Of a stretch of DNA of 64,000 bases, positions 22,867-33,909 are shown in pieces. The stretch comes from a virus. The notes beneath the pieces are model-generated. The model ran no database searches. It was not told where the DNA came from and worked only from the letters and a program-made list of their open reading frames with translations. The DNA lies in the IMG/VR virus record IMGVR_UViG_3300032268_001296, positions 1 to 64,000 of that record, one strand, 5' to 3'. The first letter of the stretch is position 1; each line of letters starts with the position of its first letter. The position numbers and the translations under genes are program-made.

Positions 22867-25800
22867 AACATTTAATTAATAAAAATCTATTTCAAGGAGG
22901 AGGCAAAGATAAACCAAAGCCTCAACCTCCACTTTTAAAGCCGCCTAAATTGGGAGCTTATAAAATGCTGAATTCTTATAGTGTTGCAGAAGTTATTGAT
23001 TTAATTTCCGATGGACCAATAGAAGGAATTGTTAATCAAAATGGATATCGCCTTGGCGAAGGATCTAGCATTTTACAAGGAATTTATTTAGACAATACCC
23101 CTATAGAAAAAACACCAAGCCAACAAAGCGTTCTCTTAAAACAAGAAGATGTTATTGGCGATCTTGATATAAGCGAAACTTTAAAAAAACTTGGAAACAT
23201 ATACTATGAACCAAATGGAGTTTTCAAAAGAGATTTTCATAAACCCGCTGTTACTCTCAATGGAAAATTTTTAAGAACAGATACGCCAGAAGCAAAAATC
23301 ATTTCTACGAATGCCAAAGAGGCTGGAGATTCAAAAGAATATTACTATTCTCCATTAATAGGTAAAATACTAGGGAAAAATAATAACAATGGAAATGGTT
23401 GGGAATGGATTGGAGATTTAAATGATAACAGTCCTAGATTTTTTAGGACACAAATCACCAAAGACTTAGAAATCCATTATGAAGATCCAAATCAAAGTTT
23501 ATTTTCTCCTTTAACACTTCTTACTAAAATAGAAACTAAAGTTAAAGCTGCAAATACTGGAGCATCAGCAAGTATAAAGCTTACTAATGAAAAAATTATA
23601 AATAAAATAACAAATTTAAAAAATTCAATTGCATCTAAAAAATTCAACTGGTCTTCTAAAAACACATGTTTTGTTGTAATAGAAATTTTAAACCAATCAC
23701 TAACACCAAGGTATACATCAAGCGCTGAAAAAAAAGTACTTGATAATAATGGAATACTTAAAGAGGTATCTTTTGAGCTTTCTGATTTTAGTAGTAATAT
23801 TCCTCAAGCGCAAATACATAAAATAATTATTCCAGAAATTCAAAATGATGAATATACGGGCAAAGTTGAAGGATGTTTGGTCATTGAAATTCCAACAATA
23901 TATTTAGAAATAGAAGGTTCCGCAGAAGACTTTTATGCCGCACAATCTTCAACAGCAAAAACTACGACAGTTCCATTAAAAATAAATTATGATTTTCATT
24001 ATAAAAGACAAATATTCACTGATTTAAGTGGCTTTATAAAAGATAATACAAAATTAATTTTTAAAAAAGGTCCAGAATCAGATATTTTGGGGCCTTCTAA
24101 ATATAACTTTTTAAATGTTTCTTGTGAATTTAAAGATGGAGGTGAATTTCAAGAGCCTTTGGAATATTTTAAAAATATCTATATCGATTATGATTACGCA
24201 TCTCCATTATCTGGACCGTTTAAAACTAGCGGAATAACAAGAAGAATTGTAGGAGATTGGAATACTAATGGAGCTAAAAATCCAAAATTAAATATAGAAC
24301 TTGGTCAAGAAGAAGGTTCTAACGATTCTAGAGCGCAAACAATAAACAGTTCTAGACAGAGCTTTTCTGATTGGAATGATGATAATCAATATGATGAATT
24401 AGCAATACCAATTGTTCACACAATTGAAAATCCAAATGTTTCGTCTGTTTTCTTTACGCTAGGTATTGCTAGTTTAAGTGATACCGTAAGTGTTTCTACT
24501 GATCAAAAAAGAGATCAAGGAGATAAAGTTCCAAGTATAGTAGAAATTGAAGTCGAGTGGGGTAAAATTTCAAATGGCGAAACTTTAAGCTCACAAACGC
24601 GAAAATATGCAATTGCAGCAATTGTTGAAGGTCAAATGTTGATTGATTTTGGATCTCCAGATTTGGAAGATGTAGAAAATGCAACTTTAGAATCTGTTAG
24701 AGATATAGGAGAAAACACTTTTGAAACCGAAGCTGTATTATCGAAACTTTTTACATTGCCATCTTTAAGCAAAGAAGAAAATCCATCTATTACTAAAAGA
24801 TATATTAAAATAACAAAGCTCTCAGCGGAAACAAATTCTGTTTTATTGAAAAAAGATATTTCTCTTTATAAAGTTACAGAGGTATTAGAACAAAATTTTT
24901 CTTATCCATTCTCTTCTATTGTTGGAGTTAAAATAGATGCTCGAACATTCAGCTCTGTTCCAGAGAGAACTTATGATTGCAGGTTTAAAAAGATAAAAAT
25001 ACCTTTAAATTACTTTCCATTAGAAGATAACGGAATTGATAAAAGATATATTAAATCTGAAACTAATTATAAAATTCCAAATTTAGTTTACGACGGAGAC
25101 TGGAATGGAGAATTTAAAGAAGGTTGGACTGATAATCCAGCTTGGATTATTTATGATCTTTTAACTAGCAAGCGTTATGGATTGGGCTCTTATCTAGAAC
25201 CAGAGCAAATTAACATATGGGAACTTTATAAGATAGGACGTTTTTGTGATGCGGTTGATAGCGAAGGTTATTTTGAAGGAGTATCAGATGGTGTAGGAGG
25301 TTTAGAGCCAAGATATTCATGCAATATTGTTTTTAGAGAACAAACGAAGATATTTGACGCTATCAACATAGTAGCTTCTTTATTTAGAGGAAGTGTATTT
25401 TTTAGTAACTCAGAAATACAATTTTTAGATGATAGGCCGCGAGATCCAATCTCGATATTCACAAATTCAAATGTCAAAGACGGAGTATTTAATTATATTA
25501 ATAATAGAAGAGACCAGCAATTTAATACTGTTGAAGTTGCTTACTTAGATAGATTTGACAACTATCAAACTAAAATTGAATACGTTCAAGATGAAGCTGA
25601 TATTAGAAAAAGAGGTGTTTTCAAAACAGATATAAATACTCTTGGCGTAACATCTAGAGCGATGGCTAGACGCATTGGACAGCATTTGATTTATCAAACA
25701 ATAAAAGAAAATCAAAGTATTGAATTTAGAGCTGGTTTAGAGTCTTTGTTATGCAGACCTGGAGATTTAGTTATTGTAGAAGATGAAATGAAAACACTTT

Positions 25801-27065
25801 CTACAAATTATGGAAGAATTTTAGAAAAAAGTTTAAATACGCCGAAAAGTTTAACAATTGATAATTTTTATGATACTGGATCTTTCACTGGGAAGGTTAC
25901 AGTTTATAGTCCAACAGGATTTACAACTTCGCAAGAGCTTAAAGATATAAGTAAACTAAAAAGAAACAGAGTTCCTTATTTTGATATAACTGGAGAATTA
26001 TTAAATTCATCAGATACTGCATTAACTGGAAGATATTATTTTTCTGGTTATGCCGCTGGATATGCAACTGGAAATTCATTTGGGCTTCCAAGTCAAGTTC
26101 CGTTGTATACTGGTAGTGGATCTAGTGGAAGCTTTTTTTGCTATTATAACACTGGAGCTACTGGTTTTGTTTTTTCAACTGGTCTCGCTTATCAAAATAA
26201 TAATATTTATGATAAAGTAATATGCAGCACTGGATTAACTGATATCACATATTTTGAAAGTGGAGCTGATCAAACTGGTTATAGATATGATTCTGCATCA
26301 CCAAATAAAAGAGGCGCTCTATCTGATAAAATTAATGAAAATTTTATAGTAGAATTTAAAAATAGCTATGAAGGCATTTTGGATAGTGAAATAAGCACTG
26401 TAAATAATCCACAGATAACGACATTTGATATAACTGGTGTTACTAATTTAGATTATGGAGCGAGATTGTTTTTAGATCCTAATGATATAAATATAAATCT
26501 TTTGCCATTAGTTTCAGAAGGTAGTGTTTATAGAATTCAACGAAAAAATGCCACAGATCAAGTTTATAAAATCATAAGCATTAGAGAAGAAAATCAAAAT
26601 GAATATAATGTATATGCTTCTAAATATGATACTGGCAAATTCAAAGAAATAGAAAATCATATAACTTCGGATTTCCTTCCAGAAACATTTGCTACCTCCA
26701 TACCTGTGATTAATGGTCAACAAATTATTGAACTTAGTCCTCCAAATATAAATACCTTTACTACTGGATCTATTTCTTCTACAGGATTTAGCTTAAGCGG
26801 ATCATGGAGTGGTGTTGCTGGTGCAACTGGATATTTAATTAACGTAGAAAATTTAACAACCAAATCATCAAGAAGTATAATTCAAGCGTCTTCTCCATTT
26901 AATATTTCTGGATTAAAAGATATGGGATATTGGGAGATGAGAATTCTTTCTCTTGCTACAAGTCCTAATATAGATTCTGTTGTTGCTAAAACTGGATTTT
27001 TTGCAGCATATCAAGCTGCGGCTCAACTAACTGCTACTGCCGTAGTTGGAGCTGATATAAAATAA
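22863..27065 (+). CDS. tail tip attachment protein (lambda gpJ-like)
   Basis: DLISDGPIEG, YPFSS, WTDNPAWI.YDLLT..RYGLG, GVTSRAMARR and PGD motifs; FN3-like C-terminus. Confidence 0.9.
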   Translation: MKHLINKNLFQGGGKDKPKPQPPLLKPPKLGAYKMLNSYSVAEVIDLISDGPIEGIVNQNGYRLGEGSSILQGIYLDNTPIEKTPSQQSVLLKQEDVIGDLDISETLKKLGNIYYEPNGVFKRDFHKPAVTLNGKFLRTDTPEAKIISTNAKEAGDSKEYYYSPLIGKILGKNNNNGNGWEWIGDLNDNSPRFFRTQITKDLEIHYEDPNQSLFSPLTLLTKIETKVKAANTGASASIKLTNEKIINKITNLKNSIASKKFNWSSKNTCFVVIEILNQSLTPRYTSSAEKKVLDNNGILKEVSFELSDFSSNIPQAQIHKIIIPEIQNDEYTGKVEGCLVIEIPTIYLEIEGSAEDFYAAQSSTAKTTTVPLKINYDFHYKRQIFTDLSGFIKDNTKLIFKKGPESDILGPSKYNFLNVSCEFKDGGEFQEPLEYFKNIYIDYDYASPLSGPFKTSGITRRIVGDWNTNGAKNPKLNIELGQEEGSNDSRAQTINSSRQSFSDWNDDNQYDELAIPIVHTIENPNVSSVFFTLGIASLSDTVSVSTDQKRDQGDKVPSIVEIEVEWGKISNGETLSSQTRKYAIAAIVEGQMLIDFGSPDLEDVENATLESVRDIGENTFETEAVLSKLFTLPSLSKEENPSITKRYIKITKLSAETNSVLLKKDISLYKVTEVLEQNFSYPFSSIVGVKIDARTFSSVPERTYDCRFKKIKIPLNYFPLEDNGIDKRYIKSETNYKIPNLVYDGDWNGEFKEGWTDNPAWIIYDLLTSKRYGLGSYLEPEQINIWELYKIGRFCDAVDSEGYFEGVSDGVGGLEPRYSCNIVFREQTKIFDAINIVASLFRGSVFFSNSEIQFLDDRPRDPISIFTNSNVKDGVFNYINNRRDQQFNTVEVAYLDRFDNYQTKIEYVQDEADIRKRGVFKTDINTLGVTSRAMARRIGQHLIYQTIKENQSIEFRAGLESLLCRPGDLVIVEDEMKTLSTNYGRILEKSLNTPKSLTIDNFYDTGSFTGKVTVYSPTGFTTSQELKDISKLKRNRVPYFDITGELLNSSDTALTGRYYFSGYAAGYATGNSFGLPSQVPLYTGSGSSGSFFCYYNTGATGFVFSTGLAYQNNNIYDKVICSTGLTDITYFESGADQTGYRYDSASPNKRGALSDKINENFIVEFKNSYEGILDSEISTVNNPQITTFDITGVTNLDYGARLFLDPNDININLLPLVSEGSVYRIQRKNATDQVYKIISIREENQNEYNVYASKYDTGKFKEIENHITSDFLPETFATSIPVINGQQIIELSPPNINTFTTGSISSTGFSLSGSWSGVAGATGYLINVENLTTKSSRSIIQASSPFNISGLKDMGYWEMRILSLATSPNIDSVVAKTGFFAAYQAAAQLTATAVVGADIK

Positions 27066-27078
27066 AATTATTAAAAAT

Positions 27079-28260
27079 ATGTTCGAATTTGAAACAGCAT
27101 TCAATGTAAATACTGGAGCTTTATCTCAAACTTACACAGGAAGTGGAGTACATTTAAAAAAAGATGTTACTCTTTCTTTCACTTTGTTAGATCCTCAGCT
27201 CAACTTAATTAAAACAGATTCTGATTTGATTAACAATCCTTTAACTGATATTGTTTCTTTTGATATTTTAAATTCCAACGGCAGTGTTGTTTTCCCAAAT
27301 TATAAATCTGGAACAAGCAGCAGAAGCTTGACTTTAACTGAAATAGAAAATGCAAGTATTTTTGGATCTTATAATAAAGATTTCGGCGTCAGAGCAACAG
27401 TTACGAATAATTTAAACAATAATAAATTCCAATGTGAATTTTATGCTTATGGAAATGTTCCAGAAATAGATATTGGTGCCACTTTTATTTATGATGGTGG
27501 AGCTTTTGCTCCAGCATCACAAGATCCTTATAGTCCTTATCCATTTCCAACGGGTGGCAATGAAACGCAATTAGGCCAAATCAAACTAGACATTGCTTTA
27601 AAAAATTCCCTACAGTATATAGAGATGCTGAAATATGATATTTATGCTTCTCTCGAAGATAATATTGTAGTTTACGATGATCCAAATTTAAATCCATCAA
27701 CTAATCCATATTTTTTATACAGTCAAAGCGTTCAGAGCGTTGAAGAAACTAAAACTTTAGTAATTAAGCCTATAGGTCTTGCTTATAATACAGAATATTA
27801 TTTTACAGTTGTTCCTTATTCAAACTTAGGTTCAGGAACGCACATTAAATTTGGTCCCAAAATATTTACAAAAGAATCAGACGATAATGTTCCTTTTGTA
27901 CTATCAGCTAATCAATTTGAACTTATTAATGGAGAATCTACAGTCAATTTATCTACTCTTAGCGGAGAAACAACAACTCCTGCTACAACATTAACCACTA
28001 TTGATACTCTGCAAACTGGAACTTATAATACAATTCTTTATGCAGTTCAATTCAAAACAGGAGATCCAGCTTCCTATATCTCTTCTGAACTAAAATTAGT
28101 TTATGGAGGAAGCGATCCAGACTCTTTATTAGAGTCACCTATAACAAACACTGGGCAACTGATTTACTCAGTTGCCACAGGTGTCAGCGGAGTGCGTTTG
28201 CTGCAAATAAGCGGAGCGCCTCCAAACTCAACTTATAAAATATATAAAACTTCTTTATGA
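27079..28260 (+). CDS. tail-associated protein
   Basis: Follows gpJ; FN3-like YYFTVVPY segment; T/S-rich. Confidence 0.55.
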   Translation: MFEFETAFNVNTGALSQTYTGSGVHLKKDVTLSFTLLDPQLNLIKTDSDLINNPLTDIVSFDILNSNGSVVFPNYKSGTSSRSLTLTEIENASIFGSYNKDFGVRATVTNNLNNNKFQCEFYAYGNVPEIDIGATFIYDGGAFAPASQDPYSPYPFPTGGNETQLGQIKLDIALKNSLQYIEMLKYDIYASLEDNIVVYDDPNLNPSTNPYFLYSQSVQSVEETKTLVIKPIGLAYNTEYYFTVVPYSNLGSGTHIKFGPKIFTKESDDNVPFVLSANQFELINGESTVNLSTLSGETTTPATTLTTIDTLQTGTYNTILYAVQFKTGDPASYISSELKLVYGGSDPDSLLESPITNTGQLIYSVATGVSGVRLLQISGAPPNSTYKIYKTSL

Positions 28261-28416
28261 TGCGCTCATCATTTCTCGAAGATATTCAATAAACAATGGC
28301 TTTGCTTGTGCCGACAATTTAGCATAGCGCTTTTTGGCTCTACGATAATTTCTCTTTCCAATAGGATCTGATGGATTGATAATTGATCTAATTTCTTTTG
28401 CTTTTCTTTGGTTCAT
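28255..28416 (-). CDS. small basic protein (53 aa)
   Basis: Translated by hand: MNQRKAKEIRSIINP...YRRAKKRY; ATGA overlap with the GNAT gene. Confidence 0.55.
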   Translation of the reverse strand: MNQRKAKEIRSIINPSDPIGKRNYRRAKKRYAKLSAQAKPLFIEYLREMMSAS

Positions 28417-28871
28417 AATTTTGAAATATAAGTTTCGGAATCTTTTAGAAATCCCATTTTTTCATAAAACGATTTGATCTTTTCGTGTTTTTCATGAGCT
28501 ACTACAGTAGACATGGAAATGTAGTCAAAGTTATTTTTTCTTGCGAAATCGACTGCCGTTTTAAATAATGCATATCCGACTTTTGGATTTTTGGAAAGCC
28601 ACAAAAATTCCGAGAAAATTCTCTTATTGAATTTCGCGCTCTTTTCATTAAAAAAAATAATACAAGAATCAAAATTTGATTCTGATTGATGCCCCCAAAC
28701 AAACAAATCCCAATTTAAGATTTGGACATGCCCGAAAGAGGCTTTAATTGTTTCTGCATCATGCTTAATTAAACGATGACCAGAATGGAGATCCTCCTTT
28801 TCGAAGAGGATCTCCATATCATCAATCAGCCTGCAAAAATCTACAGGATTAGTTATCCTTTGAATTTTCAT
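28413..28871 (-). CDS. GNAT-family acetyltransferase
   Basis: G.ALF..A..FAR and FYEKMGF motifs. Confidence 0.65.
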   Translation of the reverse strand: MKIQRITNPVDFCRLIDDMEILFEKEDLHSGHRLIKHDAETIKASFGHVQILNWDLFVWGHQSESNFDSCIIFFNEKSAKFNKRIFSEFLWLSKNPKVGYALFKTAVDFARKNNFDYISMSTVVAHEKHEKIKSFYEKMGFLKDSETYISKL

Positions 28872-29700
28872 TAACAACCTTCAATAAAACACGAGAAGCC
28901 TTAGCTGGAATATCCTTGAACTGCTTCCAATCTTTTGCTTCTTGCAGAAGAGAAAGCATAATTTCATCATTAGCTTCTTGAGCCTTCTTCCACAGTCCTC
29001 TCAGAAAGGCTTTGAATGCCTCAAAATCTTTGAGCTTGAGCTTTTCGTTAACTACCTTCTCAAGAGTTCCTTGAGCGGTAATTGGAAGAGCGTTGGACGC
29101 TACAAACGAATCTGGAATTTCTACGACACGATTTTTCGACTTATCTACTTCGTCTGCGCCAACAATATGAATATTCAAGAAGTTTCTAACACAGCGCACA
29201 AAAGCTCTATTACAAGCAATAGTTTCTAAAAACTTCAAGCAGAAGTCATCCGTGTTTGATGCGGTAGCGTTTGCAACATCTTGATAAGTAATATAAGCAC
29301 CATCATTTTCATAGTTTGGAATCCATTGAATGGTGCATTTTGCAACGACATAATCTTCACGAACGTTATTTACGTCATATTCAACAGAAATGAAACCTCT
29401 CAGCTTTGCAAGCTCCTTGATACCTCCAAGCATAATAAGCAGCTGCTTGTCTTCAAGACCTTCAGCAGAAGGAGGAATAGGAATCTTACGAAGATCAAAC
29501 CAATCTTTATTGGGATAAAGGAATTCAGGCTTAATCATAGCTCGCCAATTCACAGAGCCATCTTCATTAAAGACGTAATCAACACCGTTGATTAGTCCAT
29601 CTTCATTTCGGATGTAAGACTTTTTGTGAAGCTTTTTAGGTTCATCTAAAGCTTCCGTCGAAACGTCATCAGTCAATTCTTCGTTATTTTGTTCGCTCAT
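28849..29700 (-). CDS. possible Rad52/Sak-like DNA annealing protein
   Basis: GIKELA, VVAKC and A.NRAFVRCVR..LNI...G.DE resemble the Rad52-superfamily core; weak call. Confidence 0.4.
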   Translation of the reverse strand: MSEQNNEELTDDVSTEALDEPKKLHKKSYIRNEDGLINGVDYVFNEDGSVNWRAMIKPEFLYPNKDWFDLRKIPIPPSAEGLEDKQLLIMLGGIKELAKLRGFISVEYDVNNVREDYVVAKCTIQWIPNYENDGAYITYQDVANATASNTDDFCLKFLETIACNRAFVRCVRNFLNIHIVGADEVDKSKNRVVEIPDSFVASNALPITAQGTLEKVVNEKLKLKDFEAFKAFLRGLWKKAQEANDEIMLSLLQEAKDWKQFKDIPAKASRVLLKVVNENSKDN

Positions 29701-30850
29701 AAATATAAAAATGTTGTAAATCTTCCAACAGAACGGGATTATCCAACAAATTTAGATTTTTGTCAACAGATTCTTTTCCATTTAAGAAATCATATTTGGA
29801 CGAATATCTTTTGTTTTTTGATAAAATAACCTTTGATGAGCTAAAAAATGATTTAGAAAAGTCCAGATTTTCCTTTTCTAAAAGGGACTTATCACCTTTG
29901 TAATAAAAATAAACGTCAAAATCAAAATACTTTTCCCGAATTTCAGGTAAATCTTCTTCATTCTCAACTAAAATAGTCACGCTTATGTTTAAATTTCGGA
30001 TGGCGAGCAAATGATCATCTTCAATGAAGCTATCTTTTTTCAAGATATAAGAGATGTTTTTTATTTTGTGAGAAAAGTGTTGACAAAATTTAGTATCTAA
30101 CTGAGAGCGACTAAATATTGAATAACTATTTAAATAATCACACCAATTTAATAAACTAGCTTCATCCAATCCATAGTCAGGTCGAATAAATACATGATGA
30201 TTCTTCAAATTTTCAGCTAAGGAAAAAAAGTTTGGAACAATTTCGATAACCTGTTGATTATAAAAATCTCCGATAAACTTCGTTTTCATGTTGATCTTAT
30301 CTTCAATTTTTAATTGAATTAAAATATTTTTGGCAATTTCTTCTGGTTTAATTTTGTTAATAGAATCGTTTGTATCAACTGCTCCAAGACACGGCTTTAT
30401 TTTCCATGGAGCTTCCATAGAAATTTGATTCTTGCTCCAATAACCCTCAGAAACTGTTTTATATATGTTTCCAAAAACAGTAACCATCGGTAAATTAATT
30501 GAACTCGCGTAATGAGAGTAAACATTATCGACTCCAATGTGAAGCATTGATTTTGAAATCACATAGGCAAGATTTTTAAAGTTTAAATCAAACAAGCAAA
30601 GATCCACATTTTGCAATCGAGCTTCTTTTGCAGATCCAATTTGGATTATTTTTATACCCATTTTACTGAGCGACTGTTTAATGATATCAATTACAATATT
30701 ATAATGTTTGTAATTCTTAGATGGAATTTGAGTTTCCGTGCAAATGGTAATGTATTTTTCGTGAATAATTGGCCAAAAGTGTTTTGACACAATAGGTTTC
30801 GAAATTTTGACACCTAAGTTTTTTGAATATTCTTCTATTAAATGACTCAT
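29684..30850 (-). CDS. glycosyltransferase family 9-like protein
   Basis: K.Y, IIQIG and HIGVD...SHYA...P.VTVFG motifs. Confidence 0.65.
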   Translation of the reverse strand: MSHLIEEYSKNLGVKISKPIVSKHFWPIIHEKYITICTETQIPSKNYKHYNIVIDIIKQSLSKMGIKIIQIGSAKEARLQNVDLCLFDLNFKNLAYVISKSMLHIGVDNVYSHYASSINLPMVTVFGNIYKTVSEGYWSKNQISMEAPWKIKPCLGAVDTNDSINKIKPEEIAKNILIQLKIEDKINMKTKFIGDFYNQQVIEIVPNFFSLAENLKNHHVFIRPDYGLDEASLLNWCDYLNSYSIFSRSQLDTKFCQHFSHKIKNISYILKKDSFIEDDHLLAIRNLNISVTILVENEEDLPEIREKYFDFDVYFYYKGDKSLLEKENLDFSKSFFSSSKVILSKNKRYSSKYDFLNGKESVDKNLNLLDNPVLLEDLQHFYIYERTK

Positions 30851-32730
30851 TGTAAAGAAAATTGAATTTTGTCTTTGCCGTTATGAACGTATGTAATTAC
30901 CTTTTGAGTTGTGGCATTTGGAAAAAATGCTAAATCAAAGTATCCAGCGTGCTCTGATATTCCCTCTAAAACCGCTGGACTGTCTATTTGATCTGAGTAT
31001 GGAATACATTTATGAATGTAAGGATTATCTTCAATATAGGCAAAATACTCTGGTTTTGTGATTACATAGATATTATGTTTTGGATATTGTTTTTTCAAGT
31101 TTTTCATCAATCCATTAATCAAAAAAAGATCTGTTTCTGAAGCTGGCATGACAACTGCAATTCTATTGCCATCGTCATCTTTATCAAGCATGTCATTGAA
31201 ATCTACAGGCTTAAATGTTTTTGATAAAGCTTTATTTTTGAGATTTTTTATAAACTCTGCTTGTGCATCTTGACTTTGAAAGATATTTTTCCACTGTTGA
31301 AAAATAGAACTATTTACGTCTATCTTTTCATTTAAAAATCCTGAGTAGCAATCTATGATAAAAGAATCAACATTAGAAGTTGGCTTAGGCTCATAATTTG
31401 GATTGATAGAATCGTTTTCTAACAAATTTGTTTTGTCTCTTTCTGGAAGAGAATCAATAATTTCTTCGAGCTGCTTTCCAATAGCTTCAATAGAGCAATG
31501 CTCAACCACGAAATTTCTAGCTCGAATACCAAGCGCTACTCTTTCTATAGAAGGCATTTCGTGAACCATTTTTAACTTGCGTGCGATATCAATTGGGCAA
31601 GTTGACGCTTTAATAAATTGAGTTCCTGGTTCTCTATATTCATTCCACTGCAAAGGAAAGCCTCCGCTTTCTTCAGTGCAATAATCTTCGCCACAGGAGT
31701 AATCTGTAACTAAAGTAATTAGTTCTGCGAGCTTTGCTTCTTGAATGGGGATTTCTTGACCACCGCTAGTGAAAGGGTGACAATACACATCCATAAGGTT
31801 ATAAATTTCATTAAGCTGTATTTCATTGACTCCGTTATTTATGTTTGTTGTGTTTACAGTTTTTTGTCCATTGCAATAGCGGCAATTTTGCTGCTCGCCT
31901 ACAAATGACTTAATTTCGTATTTTTTGCAAGAGCTGCAAAAATAAGTTGTAAGTATATCTGAAGCATTGATGGATTTTTCCTTTAAAAGATCTGGAATAT
32001 TCCATCCTTCTGACCAGTGAGTATGAAGTAAAAGTTTCGCGTTTGGAACTTCCCTTTTAAACTCTTTGAAGCCTTCTAAAATATTTGGAACGCTTTTTCT
32101 GAGTTGATTTCTGAAAACAAAGCCAACAATAAATTCATCTTTTAATCCAAAAGATTTGCGAAGATTTGATCTCTCTTCATCAGACATTCTATAAAACTCA
32201 TTTACATTCAAGCTACCTCTCAAAGTTTTTACATGATCATAACCAATTTTCTTCATTGCTTTTTCTGCAAAAGAAGCCCAAACATAATAGTGATCAACTT
32301 TTGGAGCAGCATCAATTGCTGTTTGCAGTATTGGAAGACTATCTAAAGTCGTCCAAATCATGGAGTTGATTTTGCTCCACCAAGGTTTTTCAAAGAAATT
32401 GTTAAAAGCCCAGATATCTTCAATACCAATGTAAAGATCAGGCTTAAATTCTTCAATAGCTTTATCAATCATATAAGATCCATATGCAGCGGCTCTTTGT
32501 TCGTTTGGATCAGAGATGCGAGATAACACATTTGGTTCGGGCAAAGAACCAACACACTTCCAAGGAAGATTTTCTAAAGATGGGTCGTTCCAATGGCGAC
32601 CGTTAGCAAATTCTACAACATTATACTTTCCTGTCTTAAAAAGATAACGAAGTATGTTTTTCTTGTGCTTTCCAAAACCTGTAAAAGCTTTGCAAAAATT
32701 ACTATGAATCAAAACAGTTTTCTTATTCAT
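30847..32730 (-). CDS. GT-B (family 4-like) glycosyltransferase with zinc-ribbon insert
   Basis: TGFG, RNQ.RK, YN.MDV...SGGQEIPIQEA; CxxC...CxxC insert; C-terminal GT9-like fragment. Confidence 0.75.
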   Translation of the reverse strand: MNKKTVLIHSNFCKAFTGFGKHKKNILRYLFKTGKYNVVEFANGRHWNDPSLENLPWKCVGSLPEPNVLSRISDPNEQRAAAYGSYMIDKAIEEFKPDLYIGIEDIWAFNNFFEKPWWSKINSMIWTTLDSLPILQTAIDAAPKVDHYYVWASFAEKAMKKIGYDHVKTLRGSLNVNEFYRMSDEERSNLRKSFGLKDEFIVGFVFRNQLRKSVPNILEGFKEFKREVPNAKLLLHTHWSEGWNIPDLLKEKSINASDILTTYFCSSCKKYEIKSFVGEQQNCRYCNGQKTVNTTNINNGVNEIQLNEIYNLMDVYCHPFTSGGQEIPIQEAKLAELITLVTDYSCGEDYCTEESGGFPLQWNEYREPGTQFIKASTCPIDIARKLKMVHEMPSIERVALGIRARNFVVEHCSIEAIGKQLEEIIDSLPERDKTNLLENDSINPNYEPKPTSNVDSFIIDCYSGFLNEKIDVNSSIFQQWKNIFQSQDAQAEFIKNLKNKALSKTFKPVDFNDMLDKDDDGNRIAVVMPASETDLFLINGLMKNLKKQYPKHNIYVITKPEYFAYIEDNPYIHKCIPYSDQIDSPAVLEGISEHAGYFDLAFFPNATTQKVITYVHNGKDKIQFSLQ

Positions 32731-33208
32731 TGCTCTTTCCGTTATTATAAGCGTTTAAATTTCTAAAATTAAAAGTCTTAGCTAGTACACCCTTAAAGAA
32801 TTCTCTGATAACGTAAGCTTCACCGATCTCAATACCAATGCCGAATTTAAGCGCCGAGTTTTTAGAAATGGAAAGAGAGAAAGCTTTCGCGCCATTGTTT
32901 TTTGTATATGGCTTAAACTGAATTGAAGTCTTGTTATCTTCGAAAGTGTGGAAGGTATTATACTCACAATAGTTTTCAATTGCGTGAATAAAACCACCCA
33001 ACTCAAATTCATTAAACTTAACAATAATTGTTTTGTCTGGATTTTTTGCATTTTCAGAAAACGAACCATTTTTGATTTTATCATTCCAAGAATGCTGCAT
33101 AATGGCGTTGATATAAACGCAAGGCTCCTTTGCTTTACCTGTTTGACCGAGATTGAAAGAGAATGCGCATCCAAGATTTCGCGAATTTGGTTTGTATAAA
33201 GCTATCAT
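32723..33208 (-). CDS. Whirly/PC4-like ssDNA-binding protein candidate
   Basis: Two beta-sheet-plus-helix repeats; F...ELG, FH, F.LSI and I...E..V pattern recalls Whirly proteins. Confidence 0.45.
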   Translation of the reverse strand: MIALYKPNSRNLGCAFSFNLGQTGKAKEPCVYINAIMQHSWNDKIKNGSFSENAKNPDKTIIVKFNEFELGGFIHAIENYCEYNTFHTFEDNKTSIQFKPYTKNNGAKAFSLSISKNSALKFGIGIEIGEAYVIREFFKGVLAKTFNFRNLNAYNNGKSNE

Positions 33209-33270
33209 ATTGCAGTATATTAATTGAAAACAAACACTTGTCAATTTTGTTTTTTTAAGTAAAATTTATT

Positions 33271-33909
33271 ATGCCTTATTTAAATCATAACATACCAACC
33301 ATCACATGTTTTATTCGAAACGAGTATCTTTTTAATCATGAAAAAGGTCATGGTGAGTACACTCCATGCGACGTTCATAGCGTAGCATCTATCGAAAAAA
33401 GAGTTCCTTTGTTTGAAGCGTTTTTAACTAATGGAGTTAATTGGACTAGAAGACCCATCACCGCATTTTGTTGGAAACCTTGTGATCCCGTGCCTCTTGA
33501 AAAAGCTATGTATTGGAATTGCTTTAGTCCTTATGTTGATGTTCAAATTAGAACTAGAATGGCTGGACTTAAAGCGCAGTTAATTAATCCCGATGGCAAA
33601 AAGGAATGGGGAGAGTATATGTTTACGCTAGATTGGAGCTGGGAAAATAAAAGCATTCTTGATACCAATTTTTCAGAAACCCCCGAACACAAATGTGCTC
33701 ATTTGTTTAAAATGGATAATGGTAATTTTTATGCTTATCCAAACAATAGAATTGTGTGGCATGATGATGCTTGGGTTGATGTTCCAATTTCAAAAAATCC
33801 AGGATATCAAATAGACTTAAATATATACAGTGTTGAAAACAAAAGAATTCAATACACGGACTATAGTTACATAACTGAATTTACAAATGAACCGCAAACA
33901 AAAGATTGA
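33271..33909 (+). CDS. conserved phage hypothetical protein
   Basis: YLN.NIP...EYL...GHGE, Y.FT.DW, EHKCAH and PNNR motifs. Confidence 0.7.
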   Translation: MPYLNHNIPTITCFIRNEYLFNHEKGHGEYTPCDVHSVASIEKRVPLFEAFLTNGVNWTRRPITAFCWKPCDPVPLEKAMYWNCFSPYVDVQIRTRMAGLKAQLINPDGKKEWGEYMFTLDWSWENKSILDTNFSETPEHKCAHLFKMDNGNFYAYPNNRIVWHDDAWVDVPISKNPGYQIDLNIYSVENKRIQYTDYSYITEFTNEPQTKD

